From a virus: a DNA stretch of 64,000 nt. The notes below the pieces were generated by a model. That model made no database searches, was not told the DNA's origin, and saw only the letters and a list, made by a program, of their open reading frames with translations. The first letter of the stretch is position 1. The number at the start of each line of letters is the position of its first letter. Location: positions 9,596 to 73,595 of IMG/VR virus record IMGVR_UViG_3300044294_000190. One strand, 5' to 3'. Of the stretch, positions 18,786-28,466 are shown in pieces. The position numbers were made by a program, and so were the translations under genes.

Positions 18786-21640
18786 TACGTTGTCCTCAAC
18801 AATTCTCGCTTGATTTCTTGCTGCAAGATCCTAGAAATTTCTTGCGCCACTCGCTGAGCATCTTGTGTGTTGTTACCAGTAGATGTAACGTAGATGTTTG
18901 GAGCAATATTAACACTTGTTCCACCCTGGATGACAACGCCATTACCCTGTTTAGCGGGTGTGTTAATCGTTGAGTCTCCACCACCAAACCCAAGTGGCAT
19001 AGTAATTGTTTTTTGTTCAGCTGGTGTGTCGACCACTGGGTCTCCACCACCAAACCCAAGCTCTTTAGTAATTGCTTGGGCCTTTGGCATAATAGACTCG
19101 GTGTTGGCAAGCGGATTTCCATCAATGTTCCATGGTGAGTAGTTTCCACCGCCAAACAAAATTCGAGCTGCTTTAACGTTTGTTTCTGGGTCATACAGTT
19201 CTTCGTTTTTATCTATCTTAAAATAATTACGTCGCGCAGGACCCATTTTGCCCATCATGTTGATTTGGAACAATCCATATGACAAATCGTCCTTATCATC
19301 CGCCTTTACTCCCGGAATCCATCGAGATTCTCTCCATGAAATAGCAAGCATGTTGGTAATGTCTTTTCCTTTAAAACCACGTTTGTGCAAAAGCCTGGCA
19401 AGGTCATAGGGATCCATCGGCTGTTTAGACCCGGCAAGGTTTGAATAGTTAGTTTCCTCAGTTTTGCTTGAAGAGTTAGTTGCCCCAGTTCGGTTAGCAA
19501 CTCCACGAACGGTTGCCGAGCCTCCACCACCATCCATTTTTGCCGCAGTTGCGGCAAACGGTTCCCCAACAATTGACGAAATACTCACTTGACTAAAGGT
19601 TTCATAGCTGGAACCAAGGGATCCAGAATTCCCAATTACTTTGTCGCCAACAACGGCCCCGCTATGCGGCTTACCCCTAGCGTCAACTTCTACGTTTGCA
19701 GAATCACGCCTTGTTCCAGCCGGTTGCCCCCAAGGCGAGCCCCGTTTTTCGTACTCGAAACGAGAGTCAGGGAGCTCTGCTGGTTGTACGTGCCATGGCT
19801 CATTATTAACATTAGCAAATGTCTTAAGACCAAACCTTTCTGCATTTTTGACCACCCAATCAAGATCGCCCACAAGGTCCGCCGCCAAACCAATTTCGTG
19901 CATAGAACGACCTGGGGGAGCGGCGGGTGGTCCTGAATGGTGTTTCCAACCTTTTCCATCCCAAGTTAAGTCGGCTTTTTCATTACCTCGCACAGGTCGA
20001 TAACGGTCATGAAACAGCTTTGTCTGTTCAGCTTCAGATCGATGACCAGTACCAAGGCCTACGTTGGGGTTAGCGGCGAACAGGCGCAACAAACGATCAC
20101 GGAATTGAGAATTAAGTTTTGCAAAATGCCCAACGTTAGAAAGTTCACCCAGCGTTATTCGCTTAATTGGTTTGTTGTAGCCAATGGGAATTTTTGTCGT
20201 CTGTGGGCTTCCGGTTTTAGCGGTAGGCACAGGGTCACCAGACATCAGTGTTGCGCCTGTTGCTATTGCCCCAGCTGAAATTGCTAGAGACGCTCCTCCT
20301 GTAAAGGGTGTAAGGCCAGCACCAACCACAGCCCCACCAACCATTAAAGCACCACCAAGAATCTTGCGTCCAATGCTTCCTTTAGTAGATACGCCAGTGC
20401 CAACAATTCCAGAAAGTTTGTCTTCAAAAGCTTCAAGTGCCCTGTTTACGCTCTGTATATTTTTTTCCATATCAGCAAAGTTGTCAGCTTGACGTTTGTA
20501 AAATTGTTCGTCTCGATTCTCTTTTACACGAATGGTTTCCTCAGCTTGAGTAGCAAAGTTTTGCTCAATCCCCATTACCGAACGGTGTTTTGCGTCTGAA
20601 GGGTCGTACATTGTTTTGCTACCAGTTTTTTTCTGATAAGACTGGTTGGCTTCGGCATAATCAAGAACTAGGTCAATCATGTCTGGCGGAACGCCGGATG
20701 CTTCAAGCATTGCTCTGGTATTTGACCCTTGTTGGCGGGCCCCAGCCAACCGATCAGCATTTGTAAGACCGGTTCTCTGAACAATTTGTTTAATAACGTT
20801 GTCCATTGAGTTTTGCTGACCACCAAAGCCGTACAAACCCGTGCCAAGCATCATGGTCATTCGGTTGTTAACAGCAGCACTTCCCAATGTTCCAGCCATC
20901 TGAGCCATTTGCTCGGTGCTGTATGAGTAGCCAGACAGAGCACGAAGACCAGCAATACCAGCATGGTTTAGTTGGGCATTAATACCTGTAGATGCTTGCA
21001 AAGAAAGCAACGTATTTATGCCGTTGTAACCAAGTCGAGAACCGCGCATTGGGTCGCGCATATCCTCGATGTATTGCATGTTTGAGATGCCCTTGTTTTG
21101 CTGATAGTAAACCGCAAGCTTGTCAACCGACAAAGAACGCATGTAGTTGTTATCAATGCGGGAATCAAGGGCTTGAATTCCAAGATTTAATGCTTGGAAC
21201 GCAAACATAGCAGCACTAGCTCCACCACCACCACCACCAGGGGCAGCACCACCAGGGGCAGCACCACCAGGAGCACGCGTGTTACCAACAAACACTTGTT
21301 GGACGTTGGTCACCGTCCCGCTTTGGTTTACCCCAGATCCAGGGGGGCCCATTGGTAGCGAAATACCAGCACCAGTGGGGTTCTGTGCCCCAGCACCACC
21401 ACTCTGGGTTCTCTGAATTCCCTGCATCAGTTGCAGGGTCTTATTCAATTTTGTATTGATGTTGGGCAGCGTTTTATTTAAATACTCAAAATCTTTTCTA
21501 ATCTGATTAATTGACGCAGCAACTTTTTCAATAGCTTTAGTGTCAACATTAAACCTGGCGCGCAGATCACCCATCGCTCTGCCGCGACCACCACCCTGCG
21601 AGGGATTTCCCGCAACGCTCGGTTCGTTAGTTGTTACCAT
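18785..21640 (-). CDS. Tape measure protein with M15 D,D-peptidase and lysozyme-like domains
   Basis: Helical N-half; APPGRSMHEIGLAADL...EPWH; AISWRES...SYGLFQIN...YDPETNVKAA. Confidence 0.88.
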   Translation of the reverse strand: MVTTNEPSVAGNPSQGGGRGRAMGDLRARFNVDTKAIEKVAASINQIRKDFEYLNKTLPNINTKLNKTLQLMQGIQRTQSGGAGAQNPTGAGISLPMGPPGSGVNQSGTVTNVQQVFVGNTRAPGGAAPGGAAPGGGGGGASAAMFAFQALNLGIQALDSRIDNNYMRSLSVDKLAVYYQQNKGISNMQYIEDMRDPMRGSRLGYNGINTLLSLQASTGINAQLNHAGIAGLRALSGYSYSTEQMAQMAGTLGSAAVNNRMTMMLGTGLYGFGGQQNSMDNVIKQIVQRTGLTNADRLAGARQQGSNTRAMLEASGVPPDMIDLVLDYAEANQSYQKKTGSKTMYDPSDAKHRSVMGIEQNFATQAEETIRVKENRDEQFYKRQADNFADMEKNIQSVNRALEAFEDKLSGIVGTGVSTKGSIGRKILGGALMVGGAVVGAGLTPFTGGASLAISAGAIATGATLMSGDPVPTAKTGSPQTTKIPIGYNKPIKRITLGELSNVGHFAKLNSQFRDRLLRLFAANPNVGLGTGHRSEAEQTKLFHDRYRPVRGNEKADLTWDGKGWKHHSGPPAAPPGRSMHEIGLAADLVGDLDWVVKNAERFGLKTFANVNNEPWHVQPAELPDSRFEYEKRGSPWGQPAGTRRDSANVEVDARGKPHSGAVVGDKVIGNSGSLGSSYETFSQVSISSIVGEPFAATAAKMDGGGGSATVRGVANRTGATNSSSKTEETNYSNLAGSKQPMDPYDLARLLHKRGFKGKDITNMLAISWRESRWIPGVKADDKDDLSYGLFQINMMGKMGPARRNYFKIDKNEELYDPETNVKAARILFGGGNYSPWNIDGNPLANTESIMPKAQAITKELGFGGGDPVVDTPAEQKTITMPLGFGGGDSTINTPAKQGNGVVIQGGTSVNIAPNIYVTSTGNNTQDAQRVAQEISRILQQEIKRELLRTT

Positions 21641-21789
21641 TACTCCTGCCTATGCCAGCGACTCATGGCCGCCCAATAAATACGTTGACGCACGGTCATC
21701 GTTTTAATATCTTTTAGCGAAAAGCCTTTGTAGACAGAAGCAATTGAATCGTAATCCCAATATGTACCTACTAGATTAGCTGAATAAAA
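21640..21789 (-). CDS. Frameshifted C-terminal segment of the tail assembly chaperone (gpT-like)
   Basis: Start-less frame FYSANLVGTYWDYDSIASVYKGFSLKDIKTMTVRQRIYWAAMSRWHRQE*; its stop overlaps the tape measure ATG. Confidence 0.7.
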   Translation of the reverse strand, partial: FYSANLVGTYWDYDSIASVYKGFSLKDIKTMTVRQRIYWAAMSRWHRQE

Positions 21790-22570
21790 GGGAGGCCCAA
21801 TTCAACATGATTGGAAAGGGCTTTTCACAATGGGCGCAGTGGGCTTCCACCTCCTTGATTTCTGGCCCCGGTTGAGCTTCTACTAATTTAGAAATAATCA
21901 AAGCGCGGTCTTTCATACCAAGGCTCTTTGCCCACTTATTCACATCCTTAGGCTTTTTACCTTCTTCCCATTCCGCACATCGAGCAATCAAAATGGTGTT
22001 TTGTTCAGGAATGTTGTTTGCCTTTTTACTAACTACTTGACTATCCGCACCATTGACCAAACGAAAACGCTGGGTGGTTCCGTTACGCAATTTAATTTCA
22101 ATGGGCTCCTGGGGATTTCCCTTAGGTTTTTTAATTGGAAACTCCGACATTTCAATAAGAACGTCGTTTGACTTTCCACACTGAGGACAATTGATTTGGT
22201 ACTCACGGTTTTCGCCATAGGTTGCACGAACCGTGGTCAAAAACAAAGTGTCACGATCACCAATGATCAGAGCGTCAATAACTTCCGGATGTTTTTCAAT
22301 TTGGATGTTTCCAATACAATAAACGCTTCTCTTTAAAAGAGCCGCCATGTACTGCGCATACAACAAATCACCCTTGGCATCCAACGCCGCAAGGGCCTCC
22401 TCGTCTTCGCCAGTCAATTCCCTGACAGTTGCGGTAGTTTCCCACTCATTAGTTTCAGTATTTAGTACACCACGAAACAACTCAACGGTTGTATTTGGTG
22501 TTAATTCAATTTTGGGGACTGGATCTGCAATAGCAGCCTGAACCGCAAGGGCTTCTGATTGTGTTGCCAT
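21776..22570 (-). CDS. Tail assembly chaperone (T4 gp26/gp51-like, two CxxC)
   Basis: VRELTGEDEE, IGDRDTL..VRATYG, CPQC, CAHC; between tube and tape measure. Confidence 0.8.
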   Translation of the reverse strand: MATQSEALAVQAAIADPVPKIELTPNTTVELFRGVLNTETNEWETTATVRELTGEDEEALAALDAKGDLLYAQYMAALLKRSVYCIGNIQIEKHPEVIDALIIGDRDTLFLTTVRATYGENREYQINCPQCGKSNDVLIEMSEFPIKKPKGNPQEPIEIKLRNGTTQRFRLVNGADSQVVSKKANNIPEQNTILIARCAEWEEGKKPKDVNKWAKSLGMKDRALIISKLVEAQPGPEIKEVEAHCAHCEKPFPIMLNWASLLFS

Positions 22571-22590
22571 ATTATGCTCCTAAGTTGTAA

Positions 22591-23217
22591 TCAGTTTGCT
22601 TCTGCCAGACTATTAATTTCCCCTGCGTTCCACGCCACGAAAAAACCTTCGTGGTGAATGTTTAACTGTTGAATCATAATGCCGTTGTCACCAGCATTCA
22701 AGTCGCTCAAACCGTAAGCACCGGGCCAGCAGTTAAACAGTTTGAATGCCAATTTGATGTTACCAGGCTTGAGATCAGCTGAAGGATCACTGCTATCCCA
22801 AGCATAACGAGCATCCCCAGCGGTGTAGGGGTGGTCAAAGACTTTAACCAGAACGTTGCAACGGTAATTGGTTGAATCACCTTGGGCGCCACCAGGAAAA
22901 CCACCAGTGCCACCGTTGATCCACGAATGAATGAACTTTTGCCACTTCCACAACTGGTCCTGAGTAGCAAACGCTCCACGAGCAAACGAAACTGCTGGGA
23001 AGTCTGACTGACCAACCATCTTGTGCGGATGAGTGTTCATACCACCCTCACGATAGGCAATTAGCTCGTTTTGAACTGACAGACCGCCCATCTGGGCAAA
23101 ACCAAGATCGCCAATGCCAGTCAGCAAGTTTCCAAGAACGCCGGTACCGTCAATGGCTTCAAAACGAATCGTAAACTTAAAGTTACGAAGCGGGTCTGTA
23201 CGTTGTACTTTAGGCAT
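22591..23217 (-). CDS. Tail tube protein (T4 gp19-like)
   Basis: DPLRNFKF, YREGG, FKLFNCWP..YGLSDLNA, HEG. Confidence 0.92.
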   Translation of the reverse strand: MPKVQRTDPLRNFKFTIRFEAIDGTGVLGNLLTGIGDLGFAQMGGLSVQNELIAYREGGMNTHPHKMVGQSDFPAVSFARGAFATQDQLWKWQKFIHSWINGGTGGFPGGAQGDSTNYRCNVLVKVFDHPYTAGDARYAWDSSDPSADLKPGNIKLAFKLFNCWPGAYGLSDLNAGDNGIMIQQLNIHHEGFFVAWNAGEINSLAEAN

Positions 23218-23225
23218 GATATCTC

Positions 23226-24773
23226 CTAGATATTGGTAGTGGCCGTTGATCCACCAGCCCATTGGCTGACGGTAATGACAATGAATTCAGCAGGATTTTG
23301 CAATGCAACACCCACTTCAATATTAACTTGACCGTCTTCTACCGTGGTTGGCGTGTTGTTTGTCGAGTTACAGACGACGTAGAAAGCTTCTGACGTAGTG
23401 TTGCCCTTAAGACCACCGGTTCCCCAGAAAGCCGTAAGAAGTGCTGACACACGGATGGTCAGACCCTCCCACAGACGCACATCGTTCGGCTCAAAAAGTG
23501 CATACGCGGTTGAGTCTTTCAACGTTTGCTTAAGGAAGTTTAACGAACGTCGAACCGTAATAAATTTGTCCGCAGTGTTGCGAGCCAAGGTTCGAGCACC
23601 ATTGATGACGACACCAACGCCGGGGACAATCGTGAACAAGTTGAGTTGCTGGTTCTTGTACAAAGATCCCTGCTCAGTCTCAGTCAGCGTTGCCACCAAA
23701 CCATAAACATTTCGGATGTCAAGACTGTAGCCAGCTGGTGCTTTTGACACACCACGTGCAATTTCGGAACGAACAAAAGCACCAGCCACAGCCCCACCAG
23801 GAAAAGTAGTGCGAATGGAAGCAGCACCAGTCTTAGTTGGATCAAACATCTTTAATGCCGGACCATAAACCGCACCGTAGCTTGACTGGGCGTATGTTGA
23901 AACAACAGACTCCAATGCCGATTTACTAGTGGCGGTCTTTGATGTGTCAATAATTAAGAATGAGTTACCCCGCTCTTGCATTTTTGCCAAACCATCATTG
24001 ACGATGGTTGACGAGGTTTGACCAACCAGATTAAACAAAAGGGTTTGGGTAACGACATCGTAACTATCAAGAGCGGAGGCCCATTCTGTTGAATCCACAG
24101 CGCCGCTGCCCTCCGACCCGTTGGCAAAGTTTCCAGTAGTCACATAGTCGTTAGCACCAAGTCCGGCAATGGTAAGAGCTGCGCTTGAGCTAACGGTTGC
24201 CACGCTGGCAGTCTTAATGTACGACGAGTACAGATCAAGGACAGAGCCAAGGTAACGGGAATTAGATGGGTCAATTGACAACCCAGACCAATTTTCAACT
24301 TCGGTCCCATCAAGTTTTACTGTAACAGCAAACAAAGAGTTGTTAGTAAATTTAGGAGTGGTTGTTGGGGTTTGAAGAGTTGTTTCGTCAAAAGTATAAT
24401 CAACCGTCAAACTGTTGCCCCAACCTCCGGGAGATTTTGAAACCAATGTCCAAAGATTTGCCGCAGCGCCAACTTCTGGAGTTCCCTGCAAAGTAGAGGT
24501 TGCGGTAACTGCAGTCGAGTCAGCAACGCGGGTCACGTACGCGGTTTGACCACCATTTGCAAAATAGTGGTAAACAGCATAGCCAAGATCGTAGTCGTTG
24601 GTTAATTCACCAAATAATTGACGATACTGATTCCACGACGTAACAGCAGTTGGGGTAACTGGTCCACGCTCAGCCGTACCCAAAAATGCGGCGGCGGTTA
24701 CACCACTGTTTGCGTTAATGTTGGTAATAAACGCCGATTCTTTGACGTATACTCCTGGACGCTCGTATGCCAT
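23226..24773 (-). CDS. Contractile tail sheath
   Basis: RPGVYVKE, RGP, YFANGG, GVSKAPAG, GARTL, VRR, FEPND, PAEFI. Confidence 0.96.
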   Translation of the reverse strand: MAYERPGVYVKESAFITNINANSGVTAAAFLGTAERGPVTPTAVTSWNQYRQLFGELTNDYDLGYAVYHYFANGGQTAYVTRVADSTAVTATSTLQGTPEVGAAANLWTLVSKSPGGWGNSLTVDYTFDETTLQTPTTTPKFTNNSLFAVTVKLDGTEVENWSGLSIDPSNSRYLGSVLDLYSSYIKTASVATVSSSAALTIAGLGANDYVTTGNFANGSEGSGAVDSTEWASALDSYDVVTQTLLFNLVGQTSSTIVNDGLAKMQERGNSFLIIDTSKTATSKSALESVVSTYAQSSYGAVYGPALKMFDPTKTGAASIRTTFPGGAVAGAFVRSEIARGVSKAPAGYSLDIRNVYGLVATLTETEQGSLYKNQQLNLFTIVPGVGVVINGARTLARNTADKFITVRRSLNFLKQTLKDSTAYALFEPNDVRLWEGLTIRVSALLTAFWGTGGLKGNTTSEAFYVVCNSTNNTPTTVEDGQVNIEVGVALQNPAEFIVITVSQWAGGSTATTNI

Positions 24774-24811
24774 GATGACTCCTATTACGTAGTTTTAAAG
24801 TGGAAAGATCA

Positions 24812-25477
24812 CTAATTAAAGACCGATAACTGGTGTTTAATTGTACTATTAATTGTGGACACGGGTTTAACAGATGCCAGATATTCATAATCTTCATATG
24901 CCAATTCCGCAGACATCCGCAAGGTAAGTACCTTACGGAAAATACGCTTACGGAACCCAGACTCCATGTCGAGCAGGTCGGCATTGGTCCAGTCCAGTAA
25001 GTCAAACCTTCGGGTAGTCCCATCTGCTGGGATAGTTATTGAATTAAAGCGCATCGGGACAGTCTTTTGTAGAATGCCAGCCGTTAGCTCACGATCATGT
25101 AAAGCCGTTCTGGTGTAGGTCGACACCTGATAAAGTAAGTCCATAGGAATAAAATCTTGGGTTTTTTTAAATGAAGTTCGTGACGATCCTGACACGCTTG
25201 CGCTAGTGCTAGGCCAATAGTCAAAATAGGCAGGGTTTCCGTCCCAGTTATTTGGAGCCCCCGAATAAATCATTAGATCTGAATGCTGACGGTCTGCGGC
25301 ATGAAGAACGTCAATTAATTCGACAGTAATAAATGGGTAATCACGTTCGGTTTCTGATTCTGGATAACGAAAGAATATGCGGACTGGGCGGGTATTATTG
25401 CGGTCATCCGTGATTTTTATATTAGAAAAACGTAGTTTAACAGCTTCGTCCTCTGCTAGCAGGAAGCCAATTTTCAT
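24812..25477 (-). CDS. Tail terminator / sheath stabiliser
   Basis: YPFITVELID, IPMDLLYQV; directly upstream of the sheath. Confidence 0.7.
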   Translation of the reverse strand: MKIGFLLAEDEAVKLRFSNIKITDDRNNTRPVRIFFRYPESETERDYPFITVELIDVLHAADRQHSDLMIYSGAPNNWDGNPAYFDYWPSTSASVSGSSRTSFKKTQDFIPMDLLYQVSTYTRTALHDRELTAGILQKTVPMRFNSITIPADGTTRRFDLLDWTNADLLDMESGFRKRIFRKVLTLRMSAELAYEDYEYLASVKPVSTINSTIKHQLSVFN

Positions 25478-25881
25478 TGCGGCAACCCCAAAAGCTTGTT
25501 TAGATTTTGGTTAATTTTTTTACCCAAGTTTTGGTTAGCAGTAACCACTTCATGTCTAATCAAAGATCTGGCAGGGGGACCGTACTCCAAGCGAAAGGCT
25601 TTTTGTGCCGAGGCGTTGCCCTTAACCCTATATACAAATGCTAAGTCTTTGGAGTCCCACTCAATAGTAAAGTCTTCAGCAATGTCTTCGTATTGTGCTT
25701 CCTTTTGGGGAAGCTCTTTTTGAATGCGAGAGATCTCTGCATCAAGGGCTGGTTCTACAGCAAGTTTAAGATACTCATTAATGTTTAAAACGATGTCCCC
25801 CAAGTACAGCAGCGGGGACGGAACTCCAGAAATGAAGTTAGTAGAACTAGAGGACGTAGTCATAGATTGCCACCATGGCAC
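25474..25881 (-). CDS. Neck-region protein (start may be ATG 25863)
   Basis: LEYG motif; position between head closure and terminator. Confidence 0.55.
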   Translation of the reverse strand: MPWWQSMTTSSSSTNFISGVPSPLLYLGDIVLNINEYLKLAVEPALDAEISRIQKELPQKEAQYEDIAEDFTIEWDSKDLAFVYRVKGNASAQKAFRLEYGPPARSLIRHEVVTANQNLGKKINQNLNKLLGLPQ

Positions 25882-25905
25882 TCCTTAGTTCTAGGCAGTT
25901 GTGAT

Positions 25906-25936
25906 GTGCAACGGCGCGTTGCACGGTTTAATCTTA
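25906..25936 (-). promoter_or_regulatory. Predicted -10 (TAAGAT) followed by a perfect 8-bp hairpin at the transcript 5' end
   Basis: GTGCAACG-N3-CGTTGCAC at 25906-25924; -10 at 25931-25936. Confidence 0.45.
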
Positions 25937-26467
25937 TCAGGAAATTGAAGGCAATGAAGCGGGCCAAGGAAAGTTGTCTACCCTCATTGCCTCTGGACCG
26001 GGATCGTTGGGCATTTCGTCATCTACGTAGACTTCAATGCCTTCAATAACGACTAACACGTCATCTTTTGCTCGACCACGAACGCGATACATGGTTACTT
26101 GGTAATACCTAGCATCGTAAAAAAACATGTCGTTAAGGTGGCGTTGGTACTCAAAGGTGTCGGGAACTCCCGCATCGCGCATGTCGTCAATAGACAAAAC
26201 AACGTTTACCACTTGGACCGGCTGTCGACCTTCTGGAATAGCTCGCTTAGTGTCTTCAGTTTCAGTTATTTGGATAATAGGTATCGGTATTCCCTTTTTA
26301 TACTTTTTCCCACCAGACCCAGCTGGACCTTCATCGTATACATCGTCGTAGGAGCTGCCATTAGCGCCAAACGAAATAAACGAAAACCATGTAATGAATT
26401 CGCCAGTGCGCTTATGGTAATCCCGGTATTGTTTTCGAATTAATGAAAGTTCTCGTCTGGTATCCAT
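25937..26467 (-). CDS. Head closure / neck protein
   Basis: YDDVYDEG; beta-rich; position in the module. Confidence 0.6.
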   Translation of the reverse strand: MDTRRELSLIRKQYRDYHKRTGEFITWFSFISFGANGSSYDDVYDEGPAGSGGKKYKKGIPIPIIQITETEDTKRAIPEGRQPVQVVNVVLSIDDMRDAGVPDTFEYQRHLNDMFFYDARYYQVTMYRVRGRAKDDVLVVIEGIEVYVDDEMPNDPGPEAMRVDNFPWPASLPSIS

Positions 26468-26469
26468 AA

Positions 26470-27321
26470 TTAAATACCGTAAATTGCAGAAGTATTAGAC
26501 CCAACTCCGGGGGGTGTGTCAATAAAAACGTCGTCAAACAGTTTGTCTTCTGGCTCCTCAATTCCAATAATACCGTCGCTAATTTCTGGAAAAATTCTTT
26601 CAATTGGACCAGTTTCACCAAGTTCACGAGCCTTATACAAGGGAACAAGGCGATTTGTAGTCCTAGACACACGACGAAGATTCATAATTTCAATACGATC
26701 CAAACCAATGTTGAGAGCCTTGGCCTGTTTTTCGTAGGCTTTAGACCAGTAGTCAAGCAAACTTTGCACCATGCGGTAACGCTGACTTGCCGGGATGTGC
26801 ACAGACTCAGAAGTCATAACATCAATGTCTCTACTGTATTCCGTCAACAATCCCCACAAAGCATCAACAACTGTTCCCATTCCAATGGTGTCGACAACAA
26901 TGTCAGACATATTTTCCAAAGCAATGGGTAAGTTGTAAACATGTTGTTCAATAGAGTGGCGTGCATAGAACTTCAAGTCACTTGGCAAAACCCATTCGTA
27001 GTAATACCCTTCAACAAGAATTTTGGTTGAAGATGAAAAACTTGTATTAAAACGAATAATTCCATTGCGCTGGTCTAACGAGTAGTACGCGCTTGCAGTT
27101 TTGTCGGTTGTAACGGTTACTGGAGACCCGGTTGTATAGGTTGCAATCCATAGGCTGTCAGCATCAATATTTGGGCTTCCTAGTTCGTAGGTTCTACCCA
27201 CCGCATCAAAAGACACTTGAAAGAATTTAGGAAAATCTCGTAAAAAGCCACGTGCTATATACATGACTTGTTTGACAACGTCCTCATCAAACCCACTGTT
27301 AACTAGATCTTGATGAGCCAT
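26470..27321 (-). CDS. Head-tail adaptor / neck protein
   Basis: Helical adaptor-like C-half (IPASQRY); downstream of the capsid genes. Confidence 0.6.
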   Translation of the reverse strand: MAHQDLVNSGFDEDVVKQVMYIARGFLRDFPKFFQVSFDAVGRTYELGSPNIDADSLWIATYTTGSPVTVTTDKTASAYYSLDQRNGIIRFNTSFSSSTKILVEGYYYEWVLPSDLKFYARHSIEQHVYNLPIALENMSDIVVDTIGMGTVVDALWGLLTEYSRDIDVMTSESVHIPASQRYRMVQSLLDYWSKAYEKQAKALNIGLDRIEIMNLRRVSRTTNRLVPLYKARELGETGPIERIFPEISDGIIGIEEPEDKLFDDVFIDTPPGVGSNTSAIYGI

Positions 27322-27335
27322 GTAACAAGTTTACT

Positions 27336-27500
27336 TTATGTTGAAGGCTGGTCACCAGAGCCAGCGCCGGGAACGGTGTCTTGCAACTGCTGACCAATTG
27401 CTGGTTGTTGTTCCCTGAATCGTTGCAACGTAAATCGACGTACTTTTGTAATGTCCTGGACACTGCCGGACGGTAACGGAAGTAGTTCTTCTTCTCTCAC
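27336..27500 (-). CDS. 54-aa hypothetical protein (not in the ORF track)
   Basis: GTG overlaps the upstream stop; MREEELLPLPSGSVQDITKVRR... Confidence 0.55.
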   Translation of the reverse strand: MREEELLPLPSGSVQDITKVRRFTLQRFREQQPAIGQQLQDTVPGAGSGDQPST

Positions 27501-28141
27501 AATCCAGCCAAAAAGAACGGATTTAAAGGCTCGTCAAACCCCGGACCAGCGTAAGCAGCAAGGTTTTCCCAAAAAGCTCCTTGTTTTACGTACAAAGAAG
27601 ATTGTCCTGTTGCAGGGGAAAACGCTGTTCGCACGTACAAGTCTCCGGATGAACCAACGTTTCCGGGAACAGCCGCTCCACTTCTAATAATGGTTCCAAT
27701 AAATTTACGCTTATCAACGGAGCTTGTTACCCCAAACGTCTCACCAGACTTTCGATACAACGCGTACAGAAGCATCTGTGTGTCTAATAGTGTTGGAAAT
27801 ACAGGATTGGTTGCGTCTGTAGTGCCAGCAACAACAGTCAACACAAACAACGCACCACTTTTCTCCGCTACCACCAAGTCAAAGCGGGGGTCGGAAGCAG
27901 CGACAGTAAGTGACAAAGTTGATCCCGAAATGGCTGCGTACTCACCGTTGATAAGAGCCTCACCAGAAGTTAGCGTGATAAGGCCATTACTAGCAGATGA
28001 GTACGTGGCATCAAAGCCAGAAAAAACACCGTACTTGTTATTACCAAGCACTGAGAAATCGAGTGAATCAGGTTCTGCTTGATCAAGGCTCTGGATTGCT
28101 ACCCCAAAACTACTTGCGTTGGGTACTGTAAATCCAGACAT
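27497..28141 (-). CDS. Virion structural protein (collar/fibre-anchor-like)
   Basis: DPRFDLVV, GSSGDLYVR, C-terminal LNPFFLAG. Confidence 0.55.
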   Translation of the reverse strand: MSGFTVPNASSFGVAIQSLDQAEPDSLDFSVLGNNKYGVFSGFDATYSSASNGLITLTSGEALINGEYAAISGSTLSLTVAASDPRFDLVVAEKSGALFVLTVVAGTTDATNPVFPTLLDTQMLLYALYRKSGETFGVTSSVDKRKFIGTIIRSGAAVPGNVGSSGDLYVRTAFSPATGQSSLYVKQGAFWENLAAYAGPGFDEPLNPFFLAGL

Positions 28142-28148
28142 TTAAACC

Positions 28149-28400
28149 TCAGAGAGTGTCGTAAATATTCCCCGTGCTCTTTAGATAATCATACAAACCA
28201 CGAGGGAGCTTGTATCGGGTTCCGTCTTTAAAATCCCAAGACGATTGACCCCAAAACATTACCCAAGTACCTTTCACGCGTGCAGAAACTGTCCCATCTG
28301 GGTCGCCCCCCGGGACAACCGTTGGTTCAATGATTTCAACAGTGTGAAGATTTTCTTCTTCTTGTTCTACAAACTCTTTAATTATTTTTTTACGTGCCAT
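28149..28400 (-). CDS. Small capsid-adjacent protein
   Basis: AAGGA SD; follows the major capsid gene. Confidence 0.6.
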   Translation of the reverse strand: MARKKIIKEFVEQEEENLHTVEIIEPTVVPGGDPDGTVSARVKGTWVMFWGQSSWDFKDGTRYKLPRGLYDYLKSTGNIYDTL

Positions 28401-28419
28401 ATCGTGTCCTTATTGTGGG

Positions 28420-28460
28420 TTGTGTGAGGTGGGCAGAATTACCTACCCACCCTAACACAA
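28420..28460 (-). terminator. Stem-loop downstream of the major capsid gene
   Basis: TTGTGT..GGTGGG / CCCACC..ACACAA. Confidence 0.5.
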
Positions 28461-28466
28461 GTTAAA

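Noticed and set aside
11418-25477. Tail module resembles an extracellular contractile injection system (PVC/Afp) with leader-tagged toxins
   Set aside because: Capsid, scaffold, portal, TerL and a replisome are present, and no Pvc15-like ATPase is seen, so this is a phage. Loading into the tube remains only a secondary hypothesis for the leader.
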